From NCBI GenBank assembly GCA_022605425.2, contig JAKIMF020000011.1, positions 62,001 through 126,000 of the forward strand: a DNA stretch of 64,000 nucleotides. The letters run 5' to 3'. Positions within the stretch are counted from its first letter, which is position 1. Every line of letters starts with the position of its first letter. The notes beneath the pieces were generated by a model. It saw only the letters and a list, made by a program, of their open reading frames with translations. It did no database searches and had not been told where the DNA came from. This document shows positions 14,201 through 27,900 of the stretch, in pieces. This stretch comes from Hamiltosporidium tvaerminnensis FI-OER-3-3. Lineage: Eukaryota; Fungi; Microsporidia. A program made the position numbers and the translations under genes.

Positions 14201-17200
14201 TACAATGCATATTATATTTAATTGAAATGGCTCAAATAATAGTTTGAAAATTTTCTAATATACACAATTTACAATAAAGAATAAAAAATTTACGTGGATA
14301 AATTTTCGCTTATACAAAGCTTTCCATTTTTTAATACTTCTGATAAGGATAAAACTTTATGCAAATGATATGCATTGTAACAAATGAAGATTTTAATATT
14401 TTTTTTAAAATTATTAATAATTTAGACGATTCCATGTAGCAATTATTTTAACTATATCTCTATACGTATTAAACAATAATTTTTTTTTAGATTGTAAATG
14501 GTTTGACATTAATTCATTTTACAGCTATTTTTATAATTTATTTTTTTTATTTAAATTTATGCAAGTTATAAATTCAGATATGAAATAGAATATGAAGAAA
14601 ATTATATATGTAGGGATATACTTATAAAGATATCTTAGTATGATTTAAAAGAAGCCAAGAACATTATTTAAATAAGTATTGTTATACTTTAAAATGGTTT
14701 AGAAGGGTAAACTGTGGATTTTATAATTAACAATTGAGGCTTGAGCTAATATATTGTAACTGGATTGATTGGTTTGGAAGAATATCTATCAAGATACTGA
14801 ACGAATTAAATGAAATTTGATTCTAAGTGACATTGATTGTAAAAAAAATTTAAAGTATAACAAGGCGAAGATTTTTCATTTTTTAGCATCTTCTACGGAT
14901 TAGCTTCAAGAAATGTTTGAAATATCGGATGCTCTATAAGAAAAACTCTTCATCTTTTAAACTACAAGAGCTATGACTGTACTGAAGTGGAAGTCAAATA
15001 TAACAAATGCCACCGTTCACAGATATCGATTCTTTGTAATTTTTGCATTTGTATTTGCTGTATCTGTATATATCTTAATTGCTGGATTATAGAAAGACTT
15101 ATGCAAGGTATTTACATAATTATATACTTGATTCAATATAGATGCCCTGAACCACAATCGATTTTGTTGAAAAATCGAAGAATTCGAAATTAGTGATTTT
15201 AATCACTTTGTAATGTTTTAGATAATCTTAACTGCAACATCAATTGTATTTACAAGAACTTTAAGGCAATGAGCCAAATACTAGAACAACACTGCCTATT
15301 TAGATAGAAAAGTTGTCTGGAAATATTTACCCTATACAATAAAATTATATCAAAATACTATTCAAAAAAATCTTAAATCATCTTACGAAAAACCTTAATT
15401 TATTATTTACAATATCTACAATTTTGATTGTATGCTTTTAAGTGCTTAATTCAATCACAATCTAAAACAATAGTTTTTTTATAAAATTTCGCATATGTGT
15501 AGATTCTTATATACTTACATTTCTATTTAAATAAATGTGTTCGTTTTATTTTTCTAAAGATTTTACATACTTTGTTGCTAGCTAGGTTATAGAGCTTATA
15601 TAAGGACATTGAAATGTTAATCAAACCCTATATTTCTTTAATATTTTTTCTAAACCAACTTTCTAGTATTTCACTGCTACAGGTTAGGTAAATATTATTT
15701 TCTTTAAAATATTTCTCAATTATTTCGCTAACCCGGGTTACTAAAAGCAAAACTTTTTAATTGGAATGGTATTAGGTGCTTTATACGCTTTCTAAATAAG
15801 TTAACTTTTTTATTTTGCTTTTCTAAGCTAGTTTGTGTGATTTGCATGAAATCTTTCAATTCATATCAAATTATATTAAAATGGCTTTTTTTGGCTTAAC
15901 CATAGAAAGTTTTAGTTTCCCTTTTATAACAAATTTTAAAAAATAGAAATAAAACGAAGATATCCTTAAATGCCTTTTGAAATCGCACTTTTTAAAAGTT
16001 TTTTATGATTTTCTTGCTTTAAACAAGTAAGTAAAAAATGCAGACATTGGTTTTTACATTGAAAACCCTTATGGATAAAATAGCGGCATACTTTTGAATA
16101 TAAAAATAAAAGAGCTTCGAAATGCAAAGCTTTTAGCATTTTTAATTTAAATAAATTTTCAATTATAAAAAAAAAGTAAGCATTGAATTTATTCATCTAA
16201 AATTTTAAAAAGGTAAACTCCTAATATTAAATGATTTTTTACGTTTAATAATTTGAATTTAGCAGATTTCATAATTTTTTCCAAATAAAACTACTCTTGG
16301 AACTTTGGAACCAAAAATATTTATGTTTTGAAAAAAAATCCCCAAACGAAAATTAAAAAGCATTTGAATATTAATATAAGAAAATATTTATTTGTATCAG
16401 ACAGAAATATTTCCCCTAACCAAAATCTTTAAACTGTTGCTCAACAATATTTTACTGAGAATAAGCAGAATTAAATACCTCTAAGAACCAACCTGTCTTT
16501 AAAAAAGTCAAAAACCTTTTTCCCTAAACTAATTAATTTCATACCACTCGAAACGCGTTTTCTCTAACCTAATTTTTAGTCCCCAAACCAAACATTTTTC
16601 TCCAACCCTATTACTATTATTATTTCCCTACCCAGATTTTTTTTACCCTAACTTCTTTTCTACCTAACAGAAACCCCCTCCCCCTTAAATTTCTTTATAT
16701 TTTAAATATATTTTCCACTAGCTTTATCATTTTCCTGACCAAATCATTTTTTCTTTAAATTTATTTTTCCCTCAACTAATTTTTTTCCGCCCTAACTTTC
16801 TTTTTGCAATAAACTTCGTTACCTTCAGGACAATTCTTTTTTTCCAAAAGCAATTTTTATTTATTTTGTTCAAATTATTTTCTTTTTAGAAAACTTGTAT
16901 CTTTAAAACAAATTTTAATAACATACCCGACTCTATTAATTTCAATTAAATATTATCATTCTGACAATTTTTTTCTAATTAACAGATTCTTCTTCTACCA
17001 ATTTCAACTTTCCTTAGTATTTTTGAAATTTTAAAAAACAATACTTTTTCCTTAGAAATCCTTTGCACCGGCCTGATTTCACTTTCCCGAAACCCTAGTC
17101 CCAACTAATTCTCTTTTCCCATACCTAATTTTCTTCCCTCATATACCTGTTTCCTAGCTAAAATCTTTTTTCCGTAACTACAATTTTTCTTTCCCTAACC

Positions 17201-18350
17201 GAAAACTTTTTTAATAGATGTAAACCCCAATACTCATCTCTACTTTGATTTTATCTCACGATTTATTCTTAACTTTTTTTTCTCAATTAATTTTTTGTTT
17301 CTAACTAAAATCTTTTTTTCCTTGGCTAATTTTCTTTCTCTCTAATTTTTTTATTCTTGTTGAATAAAATTTGGGGTAAAAAAATAGAAATTTATTGAGA
17401 AAAATAATTCTCTTATCTACAAGTTGGTTTCTATTTTTTTCTACCCTATGGCGTGAAAAAATCTTTGTTCTTCCCTATAAAAAGTAGTTTCCCTAATTCT
17501 TCTCTAAGTAATAATGGGATTTTAATATTTGCTACCAATCATTTTCTACTTAAAATCTTTATAAATAAAAATTTATTTTGGTTGTAAATTTACTTTTTTT
17601 AAAAGTATATTTTTTCTTAGAAAATAGAAATATTAAAAGACAGAAGTTTGGATTTAAAAATGATTTGTGGAATACTATTAATCTAATAATATATTTAGAT
17701 TTCTTTTTGTAATAATATAACTCTGGTGAAGTTAGATAATTCTAAACTCCAAAAATTTGAAAAATAAGGTGAATTCAACTATAGTAGATAAAATAAACGA
17801 AAAACAGTTTTATAAGAATATCCTCTAAAGTTGTTACAGAAAATAAATTTGTATATAAATAAGAATAAAAAAAAATTGTTTTACTGACAAAAATTTAATG
17901 TGTAAATTCGAATCAGGTTGTCACGGAGAAAATAAAACTTGCCTGTCCATGTAATCCTAAACAAAAAAAATTAATGAAAACTCTAACTTAATTAGTTTGG
18001 TGCATTTTTGTTGAAATTTTCGTAATTTTTCTTTTAATGGGAATTATGATATTGAGATTCCGTAGTCTGGGTAATATTTATGAAATATTTGGTCTGAAAT
18101 AATTAAGGGCGAGGGATATGACAGATTGCAGTAGTGGTATGGTATATTGAGATACATTTTCAAGCTGCAATTGTTAGAAAAGAACCTAGAGGGAAGTAAA
18201 ATGTAGAGTAAGGTAAAAAATGGGCAGCAAAAAGGTTGATCGGAGAATAAATCGGAATAAAACAGCTATTAATTTTATTTTACTTTCAGTTTTTAGTTTT
18301 TCTCTTTTAATTTGATTTTATTCGTATCATCTCTTAGAGTGATCACCCAA
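11250..18350 (-). pseudogene. Copy II: module A (~11250-13940), module C (~13940-15550), CCCTAA-like array and tail
   Basis: Block TCTTGGTCAT...CCTAAATATGGCCGTATTAAATT at 12041-12090 is shared with 19176, 33524 and 53870. Its minus-strand translation is YMIIVLLNVFIAFGNNFTKFNTAIFRSNTTYNDQDKKILFLDN. Module C aligns to 45010-46660 at an offset of ~31.08 kb. Confidence 0.75.
16400..17500 (+). repeat. Degenerate telomere-like minisatellite, unit ~18-24 bp, roughly TTTT(C)CCTAACxAATT
   Basis: Recurrent ttcccctaacc, ttccctaaact, ttaccctaact, gccctaacttt, ttccctaaccg and ttccctaattc, with strong C/T strand skew. Confidence 0.65.
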
Positions 18351-18999
18351 TCCTGAAGGGTTTTGGATGAATTACACATTTGAGTTCGAAAATATCTTTA
18401 TTCTTTTTGTGAATATTTAGATATTAAAAACAAGTGTGAATTTGAAAGTGTCTTTTTGAAAATTTGATTTTACAAAATTTCTACACGTTTACTTTTTTTT
18501 AATTTTGTGTATATTTTACATTTTAAAGAAATGTATGTTCTTTTTTATACATTTTAAAAAAAAATGTGTTTAAAAACTTCAAAGGTTTTTTTGGAATCTC
18601 TGGAATTTTTTATGCTTCAGTATTATTACAACTTTTGTTATTCGTCACTATTTTTTCGTGCCTTTGTGTTTTTTTTAAGTTTTGTATGTATTTAGGCGTA
18701 TTTTTTATATTTTCAAAATTTTGTATAAATTTTTTGAATTCTACATTTTTTCACTTAATTTTGGAATAGAGTAGTATTTTTACGGATTCATTTTATATTT
18801 ATATATCTATTAGGGTTTTAAATATCTATAATCTAGCAAATTTTTTCACATCCTATATACTTTTGACAACTTTTAGCGTTTTGTCAAAAAATGAAAATTT
18901 TTAAAATTATACAAATTTTTTGCGGAATTATAAAATACAATTTATTTTTTAGTAATTTTTCTAATAATTTTCTAGTTATTTTCAAATCTTCAAGAATAC

Positions 19000-21900
19000 G
19001 CATATGATTTAATTGTGTTTCTTCTTATAGCATTTTAAGAGGCTAACCTTAATAAACTTATAAAATTTACTATAATTAAATTTTTTGGGTGTAAGGTATC
19101 GTGTGCTTTTTTTGGTTATTTATTACATTCTGACTATTTAAAACCAACTCATTATCTAAAAATAAGATTTTTCAATCTTGGTCATAAAATTTCGTGGTTG
19201 ACCTAAATGTGGCCGTATTAAATTTAGTGAAATCGTTTTGAAAAGCATAAATATATCTATTTAAACATTAATCATATAGAGTATTGAAAAGTACCTTTGG
19301 ATTTCTATATAACCTCATATTAGTTACTTTTTCGAAAATTGAGCAAACTGCCGGGTAGTATATATGCATTGCTCCTTTAGCGTAAAAAGAATACAAAGAT
19401 AACAAAAATAAAGAAATACATCTGAAAAAGTATTTAAAATTTCTTGTATACTATTTTAAAAAAGAAGATGAAAAATGTTAATATTGTCTTTATTGAAATA
19501 TATTTGATAGTCTCTATATTTATACAGACATGCATTTATTATCCTTTACTATAATCTATATAAGTAAATCGATATTTATATCTCCTTAATATATCTATAC
19601 AAAAAAATTATTAGTTTTTTTACTATGTAGTCTTATTGTACTGACTTTAATTTTTTTTATTATAAGTATATTTATTGTTTTAAAACAATGTTATTAAGTC
19701 TTTTTTAGACTTATATATTATACAGTAAAGATTTACAGAATTAAATTTAAATAAAATCGATAGTACAATAAAATATCTTTAGTGATAAATGTGTTTCTAT
19801 ACAAATTATAAATTAAAACCAAATTTAAATAAATGTTTATACGTTAAGTATATGTCAATTTTAGTTTTCTTAATCTATTTCTCTTGTTTAAACAAAATTC
19901 TACAACTAATTCAAAAAATCGTTTAATTTTGTATTTTTTCGATTTAAACTTTTTTATGAAGTCGTACACATTAAACAAAAAAAATTGAATTATAGAATAT
20001 TTTATATAATATTTTAATTTAGTTTAACAATAGGTAATCCTTAAATAAATTTGGTTTTATATTAAACTAAATAATATACTTATTTTTTAACTATTTTTAC
20101 ATATTTTTTTCTTGTTTGTATGTAAAGCTACAAATAGATTTTTCAAACTTTCCAGAAATTAATTTAAATGGAGTACTATAAGAGAATGAATGATACTTTG
20201 ATATCTAAATATATTCATAGATGAATATTATATTATAATAACTAGAAAATAAAGTATGTTTAGAAAACGAGACGGTATTCTATTTCACTAAATAAAATTT
20301 CTAGGGATTGGGTATGTTGATTTATATTATATCATTCAATTATGATTTATATACTTAAAATATAAAAAGAAAGATAATTGATCATTAAATTTAAAAAACT
20401 TGGATTGAGCTTGAATCTATATGTTGAAGTATCCTCTACCTGTGATTTAGCACTATCGTATTATTGAACTTCCATTACCTAATCAACTCTATAAAGAATT
20501 AACCTAATATAGAACGAAAAAAACTAGTTCCAGAATCAACCACCATATATCCCCATAAAATTCGCATCAAATTAATACATTTTAAACTACCTAAGCTGTT
20601 TGTATAACAAAAAAGTATGTAAAGTCATTTACCTGTGAAGCCCCTATAGGATTAAGAGGCAGCGTGCAAGAACAAATTCCATCTTTTACAAAGAAGGATT
20701 TAACCCAAAAAGTAAATTCCAGCACTTAGTATAAATTTATAAATATTAAAAAGGGTTATTACATAAACTCAAATGCAGAGAGTTAGATTTAAAACAGATT
20801 AACTATACACAAAATCTCGGGGAGAATAACTATACGATAAGGGAATCCATAAATTATTCGTTTGTATAAAAATTTAAACCTTCTTAAAAAACCAAATAAT
20901 TATATTGAAGCATTAATTATAATATTTTTTTATTTAAACCATCACTTTCTGTTTTTTAGGTATAACCACACATGCAATCGTTATGATATATAAATGTATG
21001 TAGTGTCTTTGAAAGTGTTGTACTCTTATTGAATAAATTTGTTATTCCTAAGCTATATATATTCCAAAGTGAAGTATAAACCATCTATTTTAAAATATAC
21101 ATTACTAAGAACAAATTGACTATATTAATGAATTAAAAATTGCCTACTTGTATTATAAATATCGATTCTATTTCTTTAGTTGAATTAGAACACATTGGTT
21201 CTAAATTAATGAAATATTATCGGAATAAAAAATGCTGATGTAATTTAAGAATTTGAGAAGAATATAAACTTCTATTAAATTTTATGACAATTCGAAAAGT
21301 AAATGTTACAAAAATAAGCCCTTAATTTAGAATTAAGAAATATAAGATCACCTAAATTCCTAGGATGAACTTTTTAAATTAGAAGTGATTGAATAACAAA
21401 AAGAAAAAGTAATAGAATTAGGAATTGTAAAAATTTATTTGAAAAAAATGCTTTTTCTATTATTATGACGCAGAATTTCAATACACATTAAACACATTGA
21501 AAATACATTGTTTATTTTTCCCGTAAATCAATAAAATATTCTTTCATGCATCCTTCTTAAAAATATAACTAATATTTCCACCTCTTCCGTCATTAATTCC
21601 TTAAATTCAAAGAATTTCTTTGCTTATATTATGATATTCTTAAGATATCACAAATGTATTTTTTATTCGAACTTTTGATAAATATTTTATTTTCAGAAAC
21701 ACCTTATAAAATGTATCCAAATATATAAAATATACAAGTTCTTTTGGTTTTAGGAATCTAAAAGTACATTTTTTTAAATAATTTTTTTAAATCAAATAAC
21801 TTCTAAAATTATACAACAAAAGCAGCCTTGTATGTGTTTTAATCTAACCAAAGACATATATTTCTTAACTGTACTCGATTTTATTCAATATTACAAATGT

Positions 21901-24900
21901 AGAAGTTGTCCAATCACACTCCAAAATTCATCAAAGTTTTCCTATTATCGTCAAAAAACCAAAAGATCGAATCTAACCATTTTAGCCAACAAATAGGCAT
22001 TAGGTTACTTACAATCTATTGTGGCTTATTTTAATTTTACCCTGCCGTAATACCAGAAATTACTGCAAATCAAGTGGAAGAAGAACTTCTTAAGATTAAA
22101 AGGCATTTCCTTTAAAAAATAGTTATCGGAATAATATAATCAGAAACCATACTAAAATATCAAATTATATACTCCTTAGGACTTTCATGGCGTTGTATTC
22201 GGTTCTGACAGCCTCACAATGTAACCAGACTATCAAATATATTTCCTAAAACTGAAAACAATTTTTTAAAAGAAAGCCATGTGTTAAAAATTCTTTAGAA
22301 GAAAAGTAACTTCATTTTCAAGCTATATGCATACTTTTTCCGCATTTCCAGTTGATTTTATTTTCTCTGTTCATAATTCTTGGTTTACATCTGCATTTCA
22401 ATTTCTTGAGTGAAAAATAATTATTTTCATTTTAGAATATAAGGGTAGAAATCAAAAAAATATAAAGAAATCGAATTCCAACAGCGAAAATTATTATTAG
22501 ATTTAATATCCCTGCAAAACAAAAATGTTTTTAATTTCGTAGGAATTGTTTAAATTTCACTTCTTTTTTTATTTTTTTAAAATAAATCACTGCATGATTA
22601 TAACTTCATTTTAGTAACTTTGTATTCAATAAATCATAATATAAAAATATTATATTTAAAATTTTAAAAATAACTTCGTACTAAAAATTTGTATGTTAAA
22701 TTAATTTATTCTTTATATTATAGTAATACATTGTTTAAATACATTAATTTTTTTTAAAACACATGAAATACTTGCTCGTAAATGTAAAAAATTATTTTAA
22801 TGCTCTTTAATTGTCACAAAATAATATATTTAAATTTTACAAATTTTTAAATAGATAACGTATAATGAATATTTCAAAATATAAAAAGATTATTCTTAGA
22901 ATTAGTAAATGCATGGGAAAACTATTTATAACCAATTTTCTGAGCTTAATCAGAAATTTGATCTAAAAAAAACTGTTATTGCGGAGATATTTTTTGTTTG
23001 ACTTCCGATCTTTAAACTATTTAAGTTTCCTAAAAATAAAACCATTTACGCTAATATTCCAAATAATATATCTCTGTTTTTTCTTTGATTTAGTAAATAA
23101 TCTCTCTTAAAAGAATTTAAACAAATTAAAGACTAATTATATGTTAATAATATAATTCATAGAAATAAAGCAAAAAAAAAGAAATCAAAAATGGCATTCG
23201 CAATATTTATAGTATGAAAAATATTTCGCATTTAAACGAAAACAGATGATACATTTTCAAGCATTAACTCTAGGCTGATTTTATATAGAACTGCTCTCTA
23301 TCACTTTATTGGTACTTCCTACGATACTCAAATATCGTAGTCTTTTATACAAAAACTAATAGAATTTATTATATAGGCGAGTCAGTCGCTCTAGAATTGT
23401 TCTTTCCTATTGCAAAGAAGTAAATTTGCAGTTCCGATTCCACTTTCTTTAATTTCAGAATTCGCAGCATTCTTACTCAATCGAATCCTTCGCAGATCGA
23501 TAAGTATTCATCTAGGATATAACTTGGAGACTGACAGGGGTTCGCAGAGACAGGTAATGTCATGTCTATACGATTAACCCATTAGATTAGTGGTAAAGCT
23601 CAAATATTGGCTTCGGTCTATCTAATATCAGTAATTCTTTTAATCTGGGTAAGGATTTCTAGTTTTCCGCGCGTTGACTCAGCGCTTACCTACATGTTCG
23701 ATTGCAATCTTTAATTATGTTACAAAATTACTGTTTAGTTGATTCAAAGAAAATGATGCGCTTAATCTTAGAATATTTCCTCCTACAAACTTGATGAAAA
23801 ACCTGAAAATGTATTGCGTTTTTTTGCAGTCAAGATATAAAACAGTATTCCAAGAGAACTTTTACATTTTTTGTGCAATCAAATTGTAGTGAAAGTGACC
23901 TTATCATAACTTTTTTGAGTCTAAACCCCCTTAATATTTGAGTTTTCGATTTATTTTTCATTTAAAATTTCTGGAAATTTTCAAAGTGCTTTTTTTTGAA
24001 ATTATAATAACAGGAATTTCTTTTTTTCAATTTCTAGTAAATTATTGCTTTTTTATACTTAAACGAGCGGAATCTTAAACAATTTAATTCTTTTCAAATT
24101 TTAATATATGCAAAACAAAATTCTTACAATTCAGCTACCTTTCCAAAAGAAATGATGGAAAAATAATGTATACCAAGATAAGGTATTCGATGTTTGAGGA
24201 TTAGATAGCACTATTCAAAATTATTTTTGGCCTAAATTTTGAAATATTATAATTCTATGTTGTATTACCATTCAGTCTCCAAAAATAAGGCATTTTTTGG
24301 TTAATTCATAATATAAAATAATTTACTAAATAGGGTTTATATACAAGAATTCTTTTTTGGCATAATATAGAAAAATCTGTATTATAAAAAATTTTTTTTA
24401 CAAACACTAAATTTAATTTGAGACACACTCTATAGCCTCTTCTCTTAATGTATACGTAAAAATTATTTCGTACTTTCGATTCCGAAAAAAAATTGTGAAT
24501 ATTACATTAAAGTATTCATAGCATTTTATAGTGGCTCTTTATATTATAACAAAATATACACCACATCCTTGTAATAAAAGAATTCGGCGAGTCACCATAT
24601 ATTTTTTAAACTAATGAATATATCCTAAAAAAATAAATATGCAAAGAATTTCTCTTCCGGAGGATCTTTTATTCATAAATAAACATATAAATAAACGTAA
24701 TCTTGAAAATGTTAGAACTGAAAAAACATTTTGACAAAAACATATGTATATAGCAAAAGATAATAGCATATCAGCTTTTAAACAAAGAGGATCCCTTTAT
24801 CTAGTTTTTTATAAAATTTTGCATTTTTATGATATTCCTTTCTTGCTTGTAGGTGAAAGGAACAAATACATCTTGAATTTTAGTAACATAAGCTTAGTTC

Positions 24901-27900
24901 TTAATTAATTGTGTTGAAAACCAAACTGTTAAGCTCTTCTAAAAAAGTAATAGATGAGATCTTAGTTTGCACTACGGGTTTTCTTTTTTTACCGTGTATT
25001 TGTTTCTTTTTTATTTTTACGTTATATTTTTTTTAGATTTATAAACCTAGACAGTGTTTTTAGTTACTATGGTACCTAATTTAAACCATTAAATCTTAAA
25101 TTTCAATCTTAAATTTCTATAATTTAGATGTTAAAACGAAATTCACCAAACAAGTTTTTGGCTTTGAACTAAAATTTCATTTTTTTTCTTTTTCTTTCTC
25201 TGGTGCTTTATATTTAGCATTTTAGAATCGGATTTTTATTGGACTTATAATATATATTTCATAAAGATCAAGCTGATATGCAAACTCGGCAATCAGATTA
25301 TTATAATTTAAAATTTTTTATATTTTTTAATTTTTTTGGAGGTACGTAAGACCAGATTACAAATTATAAAAATTAAAGACTACAGATTAAGAATTATATT
25401 TTGAAAAAAATTTCAAAAGCAACTTAGACTTTCATAAAATATTTTTAGAAATATGTAGTAGGATGCTTATGTGTCCGTGCAAATTTATTATTTTTTTCGA
25501 AGTGTACAGTTATAAACACAAATGATACAAATATTTGCATTTTAGATTGACCTGAATTATTGAGGCAAAAAGTTATCACAAACTAGAAAAGTAACAATGA
25601 AAGCAAATCTAAATTAATTTAATAGTATATTATATGAGATTTTTGTATAAATATAAATAGAAAGAACAATCTAAAATCTCCTAAAATATTTTTTTTAATG
25701 TACGGTTATCCTTACCTGCTCCAGTCTTTGGCATCATCAAGCCTTTCATACCACGTTACAGAATATCTACAACTTTTAAATAGTTCCCTTGAATTCCTTG
25801 CCATATTTTTTGGAAAAATCATTAGACGATTGTGGTGTTTATCAACATTTTTTGATCATAGAACATATTAAATCTTTTCACATATTGTTGCTTTTAAAAC
25901 CTCAGATAGATTATTTTATATACAATAAACATTATAAAATAATTTTTATAGTTACAGTATGAAAGAATCCCAAGATTTAATTATGTTCAAGCACATGACT
26001 GGTATTTGTTTATCATACGCACATATATTTTAAAACTATAACGGAAACATAGATTTTTAAAAGTTGTATTTTTTGAATTTAATACAGATAAAAAAATTTG
26101 GAATACTTTGCGAATGCGCATTTAATTTTAAAAACCTAAACAAACATGAAAACAAAAGAAGATAATAGGAAGCATAAGTCAAAGCTTTTTTTCGATGCAA
26201 AAGTTGTCTCTATTGATTTCGTTTTTATTGTCAATTAACTGAAGGATCATCTAATTGAGCTACATATTTGGATTTTCTTTTAAATTAATATTTGTTTTCT
26301 TAAATTTATTTATTTATCATAAACCAAAAAATTGCATAAAGTCAGAACGAAATTTTCTTTTGTCATTAGAAAATATTGTAATCTTGGCAAGAATCTTGAA
26401 TTTGCTTTTCTATTATCATATCATATAACACATTTTAAAAATATATAACATCTTATTTTTATTAACAAAATACTCGGATTGAGAAAATTACTGGCAAGCT
26501 GCACCTTTTCCTTTTCTAAACCAATACCCAGCTTACCTTAACCTTTTTCACTTTTTCTTTCATTTAAATCTTCTGTGGAGAAATATTTCGATATCGAAAA
26601 CGTACGGGAAAAACTCCGTAAAACGAAAACAATGAAAATTCTGAAGAAATATAGCAAGTTCGAATAAATTTAATTCTGAAAGAAGAAATTTGTGTAGCCT
26701 TTAAGATTTTTTTGGTTTATATTTTGTTATTTTTATTTTTATAGCATTCATATATTTCTGTTCATAGAGTTATGATTTAATTAGAACTTCTTAAAAAGCA
26801 TAATCATACCTTTCTTTATGTTTTTTCTGAAAGATTATAAGTCATTTATGGTTCTAAAATTGTTATATTCTAAATTTAAAAGAATTTATTCATTATGCTA
26901 TGTGCATAACTCAGTTGAATATATTTTTCTTGCAAAATAGATTACAAAATAAAGTTTTTACTAATATAAACCGTTGGCGTACTTTTAAAAGCAAATGTAT
27001 TTCTTTTATTTAAGTTTAAATACAAATTTATTATACTTTATTGGTATCTTCTGATAAATTGGATTTCATTCAACAATTTCAAGACAAGTTTGAATATATA
27101 AGAATTTGATTCTTAGAAATTAAGGTACATATGAAAAATTATATAAAAATATTTTGGATAAGTAAAAAACTACATTTAAAGTCATAAATGGTTTTTACCA
27201 ATATTTTGATAGATATAATAATTCTTTGAGAAGTTTTCTTATCTTCTTTCATGTTAAAAATTTATGATTTTAAGTCCATCATAATAGAATCCTTAGATGG
27301 ATTTTTTAATTTTTAAATATTTTAAAATATATAGACCTATAATTCTAGAAAATGGATTTTTCTATTGAGATATTGGATTTTTTCTTGTGCAGTAAAAATA
27401 GAAAAAAAATAAAATTTTCTTCTACATAAAGAACTGATGATTATTGAAAATTTTAAAGTTGAAAGGTCAAATAAAATTAAAATAAATGTTTAATTCTTAG
27501 ATAATATTGAAATTTCAATAGAATCATTTAATGGCATTGAGTTATATTGTTAAAAGGTAATAAATCACATATCAGGCTATAGTATGTTTATGAACCAAAG
27601 CTAAAAATTTGAACATAGGCCCAATTGCTCGTATATTTTACCTTTTATATGAATCCATGTTTTATGAGGTTAAGACATATTTATTATTACTGATCTGATA
27701 AAAATTTAACTATCATTTTGTACCATAATTCAAAAAATAACTTTTTTTGTTGAGAATAAAATTAAAATTAATAAAAAAAACAAATCCTTAATGGTATTGT
27801 GCCTTAAAAAGGTCAAACTGGGATTTGAAAAAAAAAATAAAAAGTCTTCTTATATAAAATACAAGTCTTATATATGTCGATGAAAAAAAATCAACCACCC

